NCBI RefSeq assembly: GCF_009914755.1
Contig: NC_060935.1
Reading direction: 5' to 3' (one strand)
DNA: 64,000 bases
Source: the human T2T-CHM13v2.0 reference genome, Homo sapiens
In this document: positions 16,633 to 30,514 of the stretch, one piece after another
Layout of the letters: the number at the start of each line of letters is the position of its first letter
How positions within the stretch are numbered: the first letter of the stretch is position 1
Made by a program: the position numbers and the translations under genes
The notes under the pieces: generated by a model
The model's input: only the letters and a program-made list of their open reading frames with translations
The model's database searches: none
What the model was told of the DNA's origin: nothing

Positions 16633-18117
16633 AAAACCAACAAACGTAAATTTTTACTCAGTACTATCACGCAAATTTTTAAAACGGATAGCTTTCAATG
16701 TATGCAACTATAGAAAATGAGGGAAATCTTATACTTTGCTGGAAATGTAGATTATTGGAATTATTATTGTAAAAATAATGAGAAAGTACAAATTAGAATT
16801 GTCTATATATGTATAGCCTTTGACCTAATCATCATTCTTTCTAAGAAACTTTCTACAGTAATTAAAAGAGTATAAATACATATATAAGCTATGCATCATA
16901 AAAATTATATTGTAATTTGTAAAATCTTAAAATTTAAAAGAAATGTAAAGTAAATAATAATCAAATGGATCACAGTTGAATAAATTATATGAACTATTTT
17001 GTAGCCATAAAAAAAGCATCAAAATATACTATTTCTAGTATCTCATTTATTCTTAGTAATGTATGGTATAAATTAAAAATTATAAACTTTCGTGAATAAA
17101 AAGGCTGAAAAACACAAAGGTACTTTTCAACTTATAATGTTTTAATGTAATCTTAATTTCAAAAATCATATTTTTGGGGCAATCATTATAGGAGAAACAC
17201 GAAAAATTAATTTTTGAATTAATAATACTAATAATATGAATGTGATATAATAACCAGAAGAAAAAAATGAAAAGGAGGAAATGTTATTTATTTTGACTAT
17301 GAATAGTGATGTAGGATTAAGATTTGTCCTAACATTATTACATATTGAAAACTAGAATAACTTAAAAGAAGTGATGCTGCTATAAAGTGAATATGAAGAT
17401 CATGAGAACTAAATGAATAGAGTTTAAACAAATAACATTACATAAAATACTTTAATTTGGTATACAATAAACATTTCCAATATATTATAAAGACAGAGTT
17501 ATTCAATATATGATTATTTAAGAAATCTGCCTTATCAAAAATTAATTCTCATTTGATAAAATGATGAAACATAAAAATAACACCATTAAAATATAAGAAT
17601 ATTTGATCAATTATGATATCTCTGGAGGAAGCAGGATAAAATTTAAAAGCAATGAAATAAATTATGAAAAAAGTTTGAAGACATATGTATCTCAAAAAAG
17701 CAATAATCCTTATTAATTTTAAAAGATTTAAAAGGTAGAATAAAAGAAATTTTAACAATAATACAATATGTATTACAATAAAACAACCATGTACAGTTTT
17801 ATGCTTACAAATTAGCGAAGAAAAAAGCAAAATATTTAATGTCAATGTGCTAACTCTGGAATCATTGTGGAAAGGAAAATTAGCATAACTAATTGGCAAA
17901 ACAATTGGACCTCATACAACTTAGAGATTTGGCCTATTGACTGTGTTACATAAACAATAAATTAAGAAAATAGTGTATATCTAAAAAAAATCACACAAAT
18001 AGTGTTTTAAAGACTAACATAATAAAAAAGAAAACTCCATAAGTAAATTATCATATTGGAATATACTTAAACATAATTGACCCAAACACCATAATTTCTA
18101 AGGAATAAATTTGTTTG

Positions 18118-18975
18118 CAGTTGTCCACCTTTATCTGAAGTGTCCCTTTTTGCTTTTTCAGTTTCTCCTGGTAAACCACAGCCTGAAAATATTAAAGAAA
18201 AAAATAACATATATAAAAAATTCGTGTGTACAATTGTGCATTCTTCTGAGAATTGTTATAATTGTTTTATTGTTGTTGTTAGTCTTTATTGTGCTTAACT
18301 TCTGAATTAAACTTTATCATTGGTAAGTTTGTATTTTTTGTAATAAAAAATCTTAAATTTACTCTTGATAATTTGAAGAGTGTCTTATTATTTGAAAGAT
18401 GTTCAATTTTAAGTGTACATGATGAAGAAACACACTTTTTACAAATTCAGCCATAGTGGTCATTGTTCCTCTTTATAGTACCTCTATTCCTTCTTCAGTC
18501 AGTGGCAGAATGACCTATTATAATTAAAACGTGGTAATCTGTGTTTCTCCTCTTCTTTTACATTTAAGTTTTAAATTGGCATATGATAATAACTGTATGT
18601 ACCTATTAACAGGACATATAGTGACATTTTGACACATATAATCTATAGTAATTAGATCAGGGTAATCAATAATCAGCATATCCGTCATCCTAAACGTTTA
18701 TTTTTTTGCCGTTGGGAAAATTCACAGTGCTCCTTCTAGCCATTTGAAACTACATAATGTCTTATTATTAATTATAGTCATCCTACAGTGGTAGTGACAC
18801 TGGAATTTATTTCTCCTATCTAGCTGTCATTTCTTCCCCCTACTCTTCTCAACCTCTAGTATCCTCTGTTCTACCAAAAGAACATAGTATATATAGGGTT
18901 TGGCACTATCAACAGTTTCAGGCATCCACTGGGGTTCTCAGAGCATATTCCCCATGGCTCAGAGGGAACTACTGT
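18118..18975 (+). mobile_element. MER44-like (Tigger family) DNA element split by an insertion at ~18335-18875
   Basis: 5' cagttgtccacctttatc; 3' aacatagtatatatagggtttggcactatc...caggcatccactgggg...gaactactg followed by TA. Confidence 0.75.
18565..18875 (-). mobile_element. L1MA 3'-end fragment inside MER44
   Basis: ttttaaattggcatatgataataactgtatgt...gatcagggtaatc...tcctatctagctgt matches the reverse L1MA 3'UTR. Confidence 0.8.
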
Positions 18976-21900
18976 ATAATGTTTTAAAAAATAAAACAGG
19001 ACTTAGAATTTTAAATAGAGTGTGATGAAATGAAGCTCTAGGATTGTAGGAAAATGTTAACATGGTTATCTATGAAACGTGGAATTATGATATATATTTT
19101 TTTCTTTATTTATCCTTTTCTGTATTTTCCAGATGAATTGGGAGTGTGACCAATAGAGAAAAAAATCCTAAAACTCTTAATTTTTAGGTAACATTTCCAG
19201 TCAGCATTATTATGTTTTACCCTCAGAAGCACCTTTTTATTTTGTGAGCACAGTATGCCATTCTATATGGAGAGGTTTCTGCCATAGATGTATTATGGGA
19301 CGTTCACTAATAATATCTTGTACCCTAAAAATCTGATCTTCAAAGTTGATGATTTGGACAAATAATTATAGCTTATGTCATAAGGATTGGGCAGATACAA
19401 TATGCTACTCCTTCTGCTAGAATTTTTGCGTGGTTATTTATCTTTTTCACTACAATTAAGGTTGAGAAACATTGGCATCTATTTTCTGAATCCCTGCCAA
19501 TAGAAACTACTATTTCACATTTGCTTCTGACTAATGTTCTTGTCACTTGGATTCATATAATTTTCTTTTTAAAATAGGTGGGTATTCTGGAACTCCTTTA
19601 GGAAACTAAATATAATAACAAGAATTAATACACCTAATTGTGATTGTCTTCTTCAGGGCAAACGTGTCTTTGTTCCCTTTTTTTTTTTTTTTTTGGATTT
19701 TTTTTTTGTCTCTGTTCCGTGCTTCAGTTATACTTTAGAATATTATCATTGTAGAGATGAAATAAAAAACAGGCATGTACTATACCCAATGATAATAATA
19801 TGATTCTCTGCTTCTGTGGGTTATCTAACTGTATATATGAAGCTACAACTCGAAAATACCTACCACATCTTGGGACCCCAAAAAATTTTCTACAAAATAT
19901 ATTATGAAAAACAAAAAGGGAGAAAGGCTGTTTCCCAGAGTTTAAGGGTGTAGTGATTGATGGAAAATGGTTTTGAAGAATTCAGAAATTAAGGCAGTGA
20001 AAGACTAGAAGTAATGAATGGAATGTAAGGATGATGTATTTAAGGGTTATTTAGAAAAAGGGAGGTGGATGCTAGGTTGACAAATAGTCATGAAATAAAG
20101 CAGTTTTTATCTACATTAAATTAGAAGTTAAGGGGTTTTTTTTTCCAGGCACTTTAAAGATATAATCGATTCAACCTTGGAAAACAAATTTTTAAGTTAT
20201 GCAAAGTATTTTTATTGTATTTCTAATACTAAAGATTTTACGTTCACAAATAAAATTTTAGATATAAACACTTCTCAGAATACGATGAAATGTGAATTTT
20301 TAAGTTGACTACTCACCTTTTCCCCACCCCAAATAAAACAACTAAATCATGCTCTGGATTGCTCACTTTTATATCTGTAGAAATACCTTTCCAGATATAA
20401 GGGGTGTCACAAGTAATAATTTTACAGATCAGGGAAGAGACGTAAAATAGAATTGAATTGAAATAACAATTTGACATAATCACAATAGCTTCTGTTTGAG
20501 GGAGGAAGAGAAAAACCTTAACTACGTATAAAAAAAGTATCTTTCAAAAAATGTACCACAATCTTCATGTATTAAAAACAAAAACAAAAACAAAACAAAC
20601 AAATAAACAACTCTTTAGAATAGGGCCTAGGGGAATTTATACAGATATTTCCTTAGGGTAAGACTTTATCAAAGCCTGGAGGAAATTAGCACTAGAATTG
20701 TCTCCTAAATAAACTCGCAGTTCTAGAACTCAACCATTTTAACTTCCAGAAGCCAGGGAGAAATTTGAATGACAATATAAATAATGACATAAGAAGCAAG
20801 GCTGCTGTGCTATGTTGCTATTAGATTTTATTTAACTGGGGGATATAAAACCTAACTAAAAAATACTTTATTAGAAACTTTATTGATATTTACACTGGCT
20901 ACCTGAAGAAAGAGATTGAAATTTTGTAAGGTAATAATTCAAAATATTTAATCTCATGTTTCTTAGGAAGACAGTAATAGCTGCATAAAAAGTGAGAACA
21001 ATTTTGAACAAACTATTTACTTTTGACTATTTACTTCTGTTTCTTAGAATTTTCTCTATTCCCTAGTCGAATATTGTACAATGAACCCGATAGAAAACTA
21101 AGTTAATGAAATTTATGCTGGTATATTGTATCACATAGCAGTGTTGAGAATTACTATAGCAGTATGGCTTTCAGTTTAAGGGCAAGAGAAAATTTACTGT
21201 AAAAGAAACCTAAAGAAAATCGATGTTTACACATTGCAGAAAATGCTTTTGCAGATTGCTTAGAGAAAATTCTTCATATGAGTGCAGTCTAATTTATTTA
21301 ATGATAATTTTTATTACAAATGAGGTCATTTATTATTCTGCTGAACATATTGGCATGAAATATTAAGATTAAATGGTCATGTCAGATGAAAAGGTAAGTC
21401 AGGACGAGAGGGCTTAATGTGAAAATAAAAACAAAAAAAGGTGTTTATGGAATGTGGGAAAGCCTTTACTCCTGAGCCCTTACATCTGGAAGTTTAGCCT
21501 TCAAAGCCAAACAAAGACAAAAGGGCAAAGAGCTACCACATAACTAGTGTGATACTTCCTTGTGCATTTTAATCTTTTCAAGCATAGTTCAAAAATTTAA
21601 GGGTTTCAAAACATGCTAAAGACTTAAAACTTTGAGAACTATTACATAAACAAGTGGTAAAGGCATAGACTCAGAGAAATTCAGAAAGCAGCATCAAAAA
21701 TACAGTTATTATCAACAAAATAAAATACAGTGCTTCTTTCTTGAAGGATTTCACTAAATGAGAGAGTACAGATTTTAGGAGGAAACCAGATATGTAATTA
21801 GGTAATTGGTTGCAGAAGTGTAAAAATAATAATAATAATAAAAGCCCTAACAGTAGCAAAAGAAATTGTATTATAGCCAAAGCAATACAAAATACAAGGA

Positions 21901-22960
21901 ATTCAGCCATCAAAAGCCCCCCCCACACACAGACACACATATACACAGACACACACACATGATCTGTGATAATAACGTGGAAGAAGAACTTCCTGTTTCA
22001 TACACCAGTCTTGAGTTAACTTGGATGACATTAATTAACTTTATCAATGAGCTTTGTAATACAGTACCTGCCCTGAATTTCAGTTATTACCTGGAATGCT
22101 GAGGAGGGATAATATACCGACTCAGAGACATTCCGTGATACTAATTAACAGGGGAAATAAGTGTAGAATGCAAATACATGAAAATCACAGCTAACAAAAT
22201 AATTCTTATTTTTACTCCCACATAACTACAGAAAGATTTTGTGTTTGCTGAAATTTAAAATGAATTTTGACATCATTTCATAATGAGTGTAATTAAAACA
22301 TCTCATTTCTGTGAGTATGGGGGATCTAAATGAAAAAAAGATGAATGTGAAGTACTTTATAAGAAGATATTCCTATCTGAATTTAGTACGTGAACCATAT
22401 GATGCTTAAAAAAAAGGGTTCAGGTCAGGTGATAAGTCTTGTTTTCATGTGTTTTTCTTTCATTCTCATTCTCCTAACTCTTTTAACTTCCTTCCATTTC
22501 CTTGATTTTCTGTTTTTTCTTTTTTGTATTAACTTCTCTCTTCTTTCCACTCCCATTTAATTCAGAATGATTACAATTATTAATTGCATTCATCAAATAG
22601 CACTCCAGTGAGTGTCATGCCCATAAAATGAGCATGTTGACATTTATATAAATCAATTAATAAACTAGAACTCAAAATGACTAAACAACTGAATCTATAG
22701 CTATTCACAAACTGTTTGATTTAAAAAGTCAAAATAAATTAAACTTCTCTGTTTGTCTTTTCTAAACCAATACATGTATGTTAACAATAATTTTTGCCCC
22801 AGTGAAGCCTTAACAATTAAAATATAAAATTTCCCCAAAATGACCCAAGTATTATAGAAGTATCAGAAAAATTAGCCACCCTAGGGTAATGGGAAGGTGC
22901 ATACCATTTGGTCCTAAAGTCTCTTTAGCCTTTCAAAATGTTATTATTAATTACCACTTC

Positions 22961-23339
22961 TGTATTTGTCCTATCTCACACTGCTATAAAGAACTGCCTG
23001 CGACTGGGTAATTTAGGAAAAAAAGAGGTTTAATTAACTCACAGTTCAGGAGTCTTAACAGGAAGCATGGCTGGGAGGCCTTGGGAAGCTCAATCATGGC
23101 AGAAGGTGAAAGGGAAGGAAGCACATCTTACCATGGTGGAGCAGGAGAGAGTGTAAAGGGGGAAGTGCTACACACTTTTAAACCATCAGATCTGGTGAGA
23201 ACTCACTCACTATCAGAAAGACAGCAAGGGCAGAATCTACCCCCATGATCCAATCATCTCTCATCAGGTCCCTTTCCCAACATTGGGAATTACATTTCAA
23301 CATGAGATTTGTGTGGGGACACAGAACCAAATCATATCA
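22961..23339 (-). mobile_element. THE1 (THE1D-like) MaLR solo LTR
   Basis: TG...CA termini; perfect 5-bp TSD ACTTC (22956-22960, 23340-23344); THE1 motifs cactgctataaagaactgcc and aggaagcatggctgggaggcc. Confidence 0.92.
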
Positions 23340-23459
23340 ACTTCCCATAGATATCTCCTTTTCTACCACGAATATTTTCTATTGTTGTGTCTCCATGATG
23401 TCACCCCACACTGAAGCTTCAAAAAACAAAAACAAAAGAAAAGCCAGGCAGAATATTCC

Positions 23460-23910
23460 CTGGAAAGGATTTAATTGTGTTTCTACAAAATTTAAATGTT
23501 GAAGTCCTAACCCCCAGTACCTTAGAATATGTTCTTATTTGGAAACAGAGTTGTGGCAGATGTAATTACTTAAGGGGAGGTCATATTAGAATAGGGTGGA
23601 TCCTTAATCCAATATGATGAATGTCATTATAAAAGGAGAAAATTGGTAGTTAGATGCATTCACAGGATGAATGCTATTTAAAGATGAAGGCAGAGATACA
23701 ATGTAAGGAATGCCAAAGATTGCCAGCAAACCACAAGAATCTCTGAAAGGGGGATGAAACAGGTTATCTCCCAAAGCCCTCAGAAGTAACCAATTCTGGT
23801 GAAACCTTGATTTTGGACTTTCAGCCTTTAGAACTGTGAGAAAATTTATTTTTGTTATGTTAGCCACCCAGATGGTGATACTTTGTTAAAGCAGCCCAGG
23901 AAACTAATAA
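23460..23910 (+). mobile_element. MLT1B-like MaLR LTR
   Basis: gttgaagtcctaacccccagtacc...aaggaatgccaaagattgccagcaaaccac...gcagcccaggaaactaat. Confidence 0.85.
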
Positions 23911-25554
23911 GCTTTTCCTTCCCTATGTATTTCTTGGGCTTAAATTCCCAGAGTCCAGATAAAATTGTGATTTCATCACAATAGTAACTGTAATTCATTG
24001 TTGTTCCAATATGAATGTTAAATGTAACTTCATTGGTGTAGCAAAAACAATGCCATGTGAAATGCTAGTATTGAATATCATACTCTTAAGAGAAGACTCA
24101 GTAATAGCTAGTTCTTGTTGCCACCTAGACATTGATATTTGTGATCTTTCTCTCTCTCTATCTCTCTAGCATTCATACACACACACACATAAAATAATTT
24201 TATACAAGAAATAAAACAGTTAATTTGAGAGTTGTGCTGCTTCTTACACAGGGTGAAGTGAACCCTATCCCAGGCACAAAATCACAAAAGCTAACAAACC
24301 AAACCAAAGCACAGGTCTGCAAGGCTGCAAGCATTATACAATACTAAGCTGAGTCTTCAAGTAATCTTTTAAGTGGCAACGGTTGCTGGACGCTGTAGTT
24401 TCATTGCTTAACATATGTAATTATAAGAAAACAAATTATAGCTATAAAATGAGACAAGCAGAGAGCTTTTATATGGCTAAAAGTGCAGTTCATTCATAAA
24501 TGAAAGGAAATATTATATTACCCAAGGTGTAGAGGAGAATCATTTATTGCCTCTTCTACTGGAATAATTTATCATCTCTATGTAGTATGTATTGATTCTC
24601 TCTATGTAAAACAAAAGAAAATGATGTAAATACTTCTTAATATTTTATTTTCCTCAAAACATAGATCCACAGTCCATTCATAATGGCAGTGGCCTGAAGG
24701 CAATTGAAACCTTTTCATTCATCTCAATAATATTTTAAATTTATTATTGGTATTTCCATAGCATCATTCTCCTCTAAGGAGATTAGGCCATTTTTGCAAG
24801 ATTCAATACCAGATTCGTTTTTGTGATAATGCTGGGTTGTTTAAAAGCAAGGTACTTTTAAAAAAATCAATATAATACCTGGATTCCAAGGCTTGACCAC
24901 AAAGTAACCACTGTCACATCACTTTCAATCAAGGATTGATGAAAAGTCACCAGTAAGTGAATTGGCAGAATTCACAGCCAGAGACAAAGGAGAGAAGAAA
25001 CTGTTATGCCTTTCTGAGTCAATATTAAATACCAACACATATAGCTGTGGAGAGAATAAAAAGAAAACTTGTGAAGTGATGAAGGCTATATCCTTGTTTT
25101 AGATCCCTTTGGAAGCAACAGCTAGCGTGTCAAATTTTTACCTATGTAACTGATGGAAAAAGATAAAGACATGCCAAGAATGGTGTAAACTAATAAATAA
25201 AGTGACAACACTAGAAAATAAAATTATCTATACAACAATCGCGTGTTTATAATTATGTGGTTTATGAGTTTCCTGGGATTGCTGTAACAAATTACTAAAA
25301 ACTGATAGCTTAAAACAGTAGAAATTTATTTTCTCAAGGTTCTGGTGGCCAGAAGTTCAAAATCAGTGTCACTGGGTCAAAGTCAAGATGTTACAAGGCA
25401 ACACTTCCTTAAGAGGTTCTGATAGAGAATTTATTCCTTGCCTTTAATATTTTTGTTTTTTAAATAAATAATAGTTATTATTAAAAATAAAAAATAAAAA
25501 TGTTAATGGTAAGGACCAAATTCTCTATCAGAGCTTCTTAAGAAGGAGGCCGAT

Positions 25555-26097
25555 ATAATGGATACATAATAGCTGTACATATTCATGTGGTGCATGTGAT
25601 ATTTTGATACAAGTATACAATGTGTAATGATCAAATCAGAGTGATTAAGATATCCAACACCTCAAGAATTTATTATTATTTCTTTGTGTTAGGAAGAGTA
25701 TAATTCCATTCTTTTAGTCATCTTGAAATATCAAACACATTATTGTTAACTATAGTTGCCCTGTTGTGCCATCAAACACTTGACCTTGTTCCTTCTAGCT
25801 AACTGTATTTCTTCAGCCATTCACCATCCTCTCTCTATGCTCCCCTCCTCACTACCCTTCTCAAACTCCAGTAACCATCAGTCTCCTCTGTATCTCCATG
25901 AGTTGAATTTCCTTTTAGCCCCCACATAAGAGTGAGATCATACAATGTTTGTCTCTCTGTTTTTAGCTTATTTCACTTAATACAGTATCGTCAGCTTCAA
26001 TCTACATGTTTTTTTGTCAATGATAGGATTTCATTTTTTTGCTGAATAATATGCCATTGTGTATATGTACCCTCTTTTCTGTATCTATTCATCCATT
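25555..26097 (-). mobile_element. L1MA 3' fragment
   Basis: Reverse L1MA 3'UTR (tacaatgtgtaatgatcaaatcag; cccacataagagtgagatcatac). Confidence 0.88.
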
Positions 26098-26294
26098 TAC
26101 AGCTCCTAGTGGTTGCCAGAATTATTCACCTCGTGGCCACATCACTCTAATCTCTGCCTCAATCTTAACATTTCATTCTCCTTTGTGTGTCTGTGCTATC
26201 TCCCTCTTCCTCCCTCTGTTAAGGATACATGTGATTGCATTTAAGGTCTATCTGGGTAATTGAGGATAATTTTATCTCCAGGTACTTAATATGT

Positions 26295-26633
<339 letters not shown>

Positions 26634-26982
26634 TCAGAAATATCAGAGATAAGGATGTGAATATTTTTGGGAAGTCTTTCTTCAGCTTACAAGTGATTTT
26701 ATACATATATATATAATGACTTGCATGTATATATAGATACACTTGTATATATAATCTTATATATATACACACACATACATATACATATACATACACACAT
26801 ACATGAACACACACGTGTGTGTGTACATGTTTCTGTTTAAAATATCTGTAGGAAATACTAGAAAATGTTTTTGTTATGTTTGGGTGTGAGGATTTAGGGG
26901 AATTTAATTTTTATATTTAACTTTTATTTTGTTATTTTCCCAATTTTACTTAATAGATGCTAATTTTAAAATTAAAATAATA

Positions 26983-27306
26983 GGCCGAGTGCGGTGGCTC
27001 ACGCCTGTAATCCCAGCACTTTGGGAGGCCGAGGTGGGCGGATCACAAGGTCAGGAGACCATCCTGGCTAACATGGTGAAACCCTGTCTCTACTAAAAAT
27101 ACAAAAAAAAAAAAAAAAATTAGCCGGGCGTGGTGGCGGGCGCCTGTGGTCCCAGCTACTCGAGAGGCTGAGGAAGGAGAATGGTGTGAACCCAGGAGGC
27201 GGAGCTTGCGGTAAGCCGAGATCGCACCACTGCACTCCAGCCTGGGCGACAGAGCAAGCCTCCGTCTCAAAAAATAAATAAATAAATAAATAAAAATAAA
27301 ATAATA
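26983..27306 (+). mobile_element. AluY
   Basis: AluY diagnostics; (TAAA)n tail. Confidence 0.95.
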
Positions 27307-29239
27307 ATAAAGATGTTTACCTTCAAGCTTTTTTTTTTTTATTTTCATGAGTCAAATCTACTGGGTCATGTAACTAGGCATGAAATCCAGATGAAATCAT
27401 TATTTTTGTTTTTTTCAAGGAATTAAGTCATGATAAAAGTTACAAAAAATTACACACACATTTATTTTTAACATAGAATATAATCTTTAAAATACCTTAA
27501 TTGATATGCATTACAATATGGAAACACTTACTCTTTTAGATTATAATGAAAATACAGTGTATTTTTGTACTGAATCTTATGTAGGAAAAGACATGTCAGT
27601 GTCCCCAGAAAGATGTGAGTACAACGATAAGAATTAGAAAAGAGAATTGAATAAATACTATAAATTAAGAATAAACAGAAATTGTAGTTTTAGAGTGTTT
27701 TTTAAATTTTGTTTCCACTATAATATCCAAAGTAAATACCAAAAATTTTATATAAAATTTTTCAAAATAGTTTTCTACTTTCAGGAATATGCTCACCCCA
27801 AAGTTTTCTTCAATGACCTTCACCAGAAAAATACTCCAAATTGTACCTAAAACGACATGCAGGTGAAAAATATCTAATTTTAATGCTCCAGTAACTCAAA
27901 AAATGGAGAATGGAATTTCACCAAATTTTCAATGAAAATTCTCATTTACGAATCAGGAGAACAATGATGATGAATTTCAAGCCAATGTGTTTTTGAAGGC
28001 TAAAAGTGACTGCAAATAGGAATAAGGAAGAAATGTCTCCTAGCTCCAGTAATAGAATGATGCATGACGCTGTAATAAGTGCAATCAATTTTTATTAAAC
28101 AAAAATGAAAAAAAAAGTCCTTTGTCAATCACATCATAACTGGGATCATCTCCAAAATGTATAAATCTTTTGAATATAACTATTTTTCTCCAATTTTGTT
28201 TAATAACATAGCTTCTACTAAGATTTTTATGCATTTTAAGAAAACACTTTTGATAAATAGAACTACCGTGATCTTTTTTATTCTATTAATACATTGATAT
28301 AAGACTAACAATTTGCCAGTATTTCAACCTTATTTATAATATACATAATTTCTTGTTACTACTTGGAAACACCAGTACAGATAATGCAAGCTATTGGACA
28401 TTTGAGCTTTAAACATATTTATGTTTTCGTTTTGTAATTTTAGATTTAAATATTCTTAATATGTTTTTATCTGATATCATCATCATCATCACTAACAAAA
28501 TGCTTAAATCATGTTTCTCATTTTTGCAAAGCACTTTAACAATTATTCTTATCATTCTAAGTATGAGCAGTTAGTGAAACTTGTCTTTCATCATTAAAAT
28601 CTGTTCTTCACAAAGACTTCTTAATGTAGCACAGCCCAGCTGCTAGCCACTACCAGGACACTACAAAAGTATCCCCCTGAGACAGTGCTCAGGCTTTGCC
28701 AAAGTCTCAGGCTTATAGAGAATTTTCTTGCACCCAAAAGACATGTACAAGCATCACTGTCTAACTCAAGCCCTGTTTTGTTTATGTTTTCCTCCTTTGA
28801 CTGTAACTGCTAAAATAAAGTGCATTACTACGTTTACACTTATTTTTGTAGCAAGCAGGTGGACTCCATTCCCACCTCTCTTCTTTGACCCTCCTCAATT
28901 GGCCTCCAAGATGAGAGAGTCACTTTGTGCCATTTATCCTTTGAGGCTGGTGGGAAATTCCCATCTACATCAGGATTCTTCACCTCCAGCCCCCAGCCAC
29001 TGTAACACCCCAATACACTCTTCCTGTTTTGCTCTTGCTTTCTTCTTACAGAACCTAAACCTCTCACCTTGGAAAATACTTTTGCAGTTTACTGTATAAG
29101 TAACAAACATTTCATGAATAAAAACTTGTTTGTTTTTGGAACCAAAGAAGAACAATAACATCAAGTTCTTGGGACTCCAATTGTAGATGTCAAAGAGAAA
29201 CCAGTGAAAATGGTTTGGTAATTAAATTTATGTCTAGCA

Positions 29240-29782
29240 AACAAAAAACTTAATTCAGTTGTCAAGGAAAAATTCCACGAGGCACAGTGAAACAGGCTAG
29301 AAAGACTTATGTTTCACACCATTTCAATAGCATTCAAAGCTATTGCAATAGAGAAAAGAGATTGAACTCAACTACTGTAAAACACAAGTTAAGAGGGGTT
29401 TTAAATGCTGGGTTGAGCTAATGGAAAAACCCTGGAGGACTTTAGGGAGAAGATTAGTCAATGTGATTATTCCATCTGTGTTTGCTAGTTGGCGTTTATC
29501 AAAGATAGGCTTCTACCCCTCCAAAGAAACTTGAATGCAATCAAGAAAGATAGGGGTGGTCTGTTTCTTGATTACATTTCAAAGGATTGTTCCTAACTCC
29601 CTGAGAAAGACATTCCTGGGTTGTAGACAATTTCCATGTCTAAGGGGCAGAGAAAGAATTTACGATTGCAAGTTTTCTAAATTAAAGCACTAAGAAAAGG
29701 GAGGTAAGGGACCTCTGGTCAGGAAGAAACCAATCTAAAGCTTAGTCAAGCTGCAGGGCACATTTAAGTCCTCTTGCTGACA
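29240..29782 (-). mobile_element. ERV1-class LTR (MER67/MER31-like)
   Basis: Reverse strand begins tgtcagcaagaggac...cagcttgactaagctttagattggtttcttcctgac...tttagaaaacttgcaatcgtaaattctttctctgcccc, matching my recollection of MER67-type consensus. Confidence 0.65.
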
Positions 29783-29957
29783 AGATAAAAATTATATTTG
29801 GTTGTCAATAAGAAAGGCCAGTGTCTTCCAAAATATATGTAAAATATTTGATAAGGTTATCATTCTTTTACCAAAGCATTTTTCTGCCTGTGTGTGTTAA
29901 TTAGGTTAATTAAGGTGTCCACATCATTGTCTTAAGAATGTGTGAATATAAAATTGA

Positions 29958-30309
<352 letters not shown>

Positions 30310-30514
30310 CTCTTTCTCATTTTTTAAAGACAGAATACCATCTTATCAAGGTACAAGATAAAATCATCCACTTATGATCAAAATAACACCTTACATTTTA
30401 AATCCTGATTGTGTTGTGCACAATGGGAGTTAAATCCTTAAGGGATTTTTTTTTAACATTGAAATAAAAATATATGTGGATGAAATTTGTCTGATAGATT
30501 TCTGACAGCCATAT

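Noticed and set aside
26801-26830. Short CA/TG palindrome (acacacac|gtgtgtgt)
   Set aside because: Only 8-bp perfect arms in low-complexity dinucleotide sequence; common.
28610-29180. Possible additional LTR (similar impressions at ~14600-15400 and ~36330-36620)
   Set aside because: Composition is LTR-like but I could not match a family, termini or TSD.
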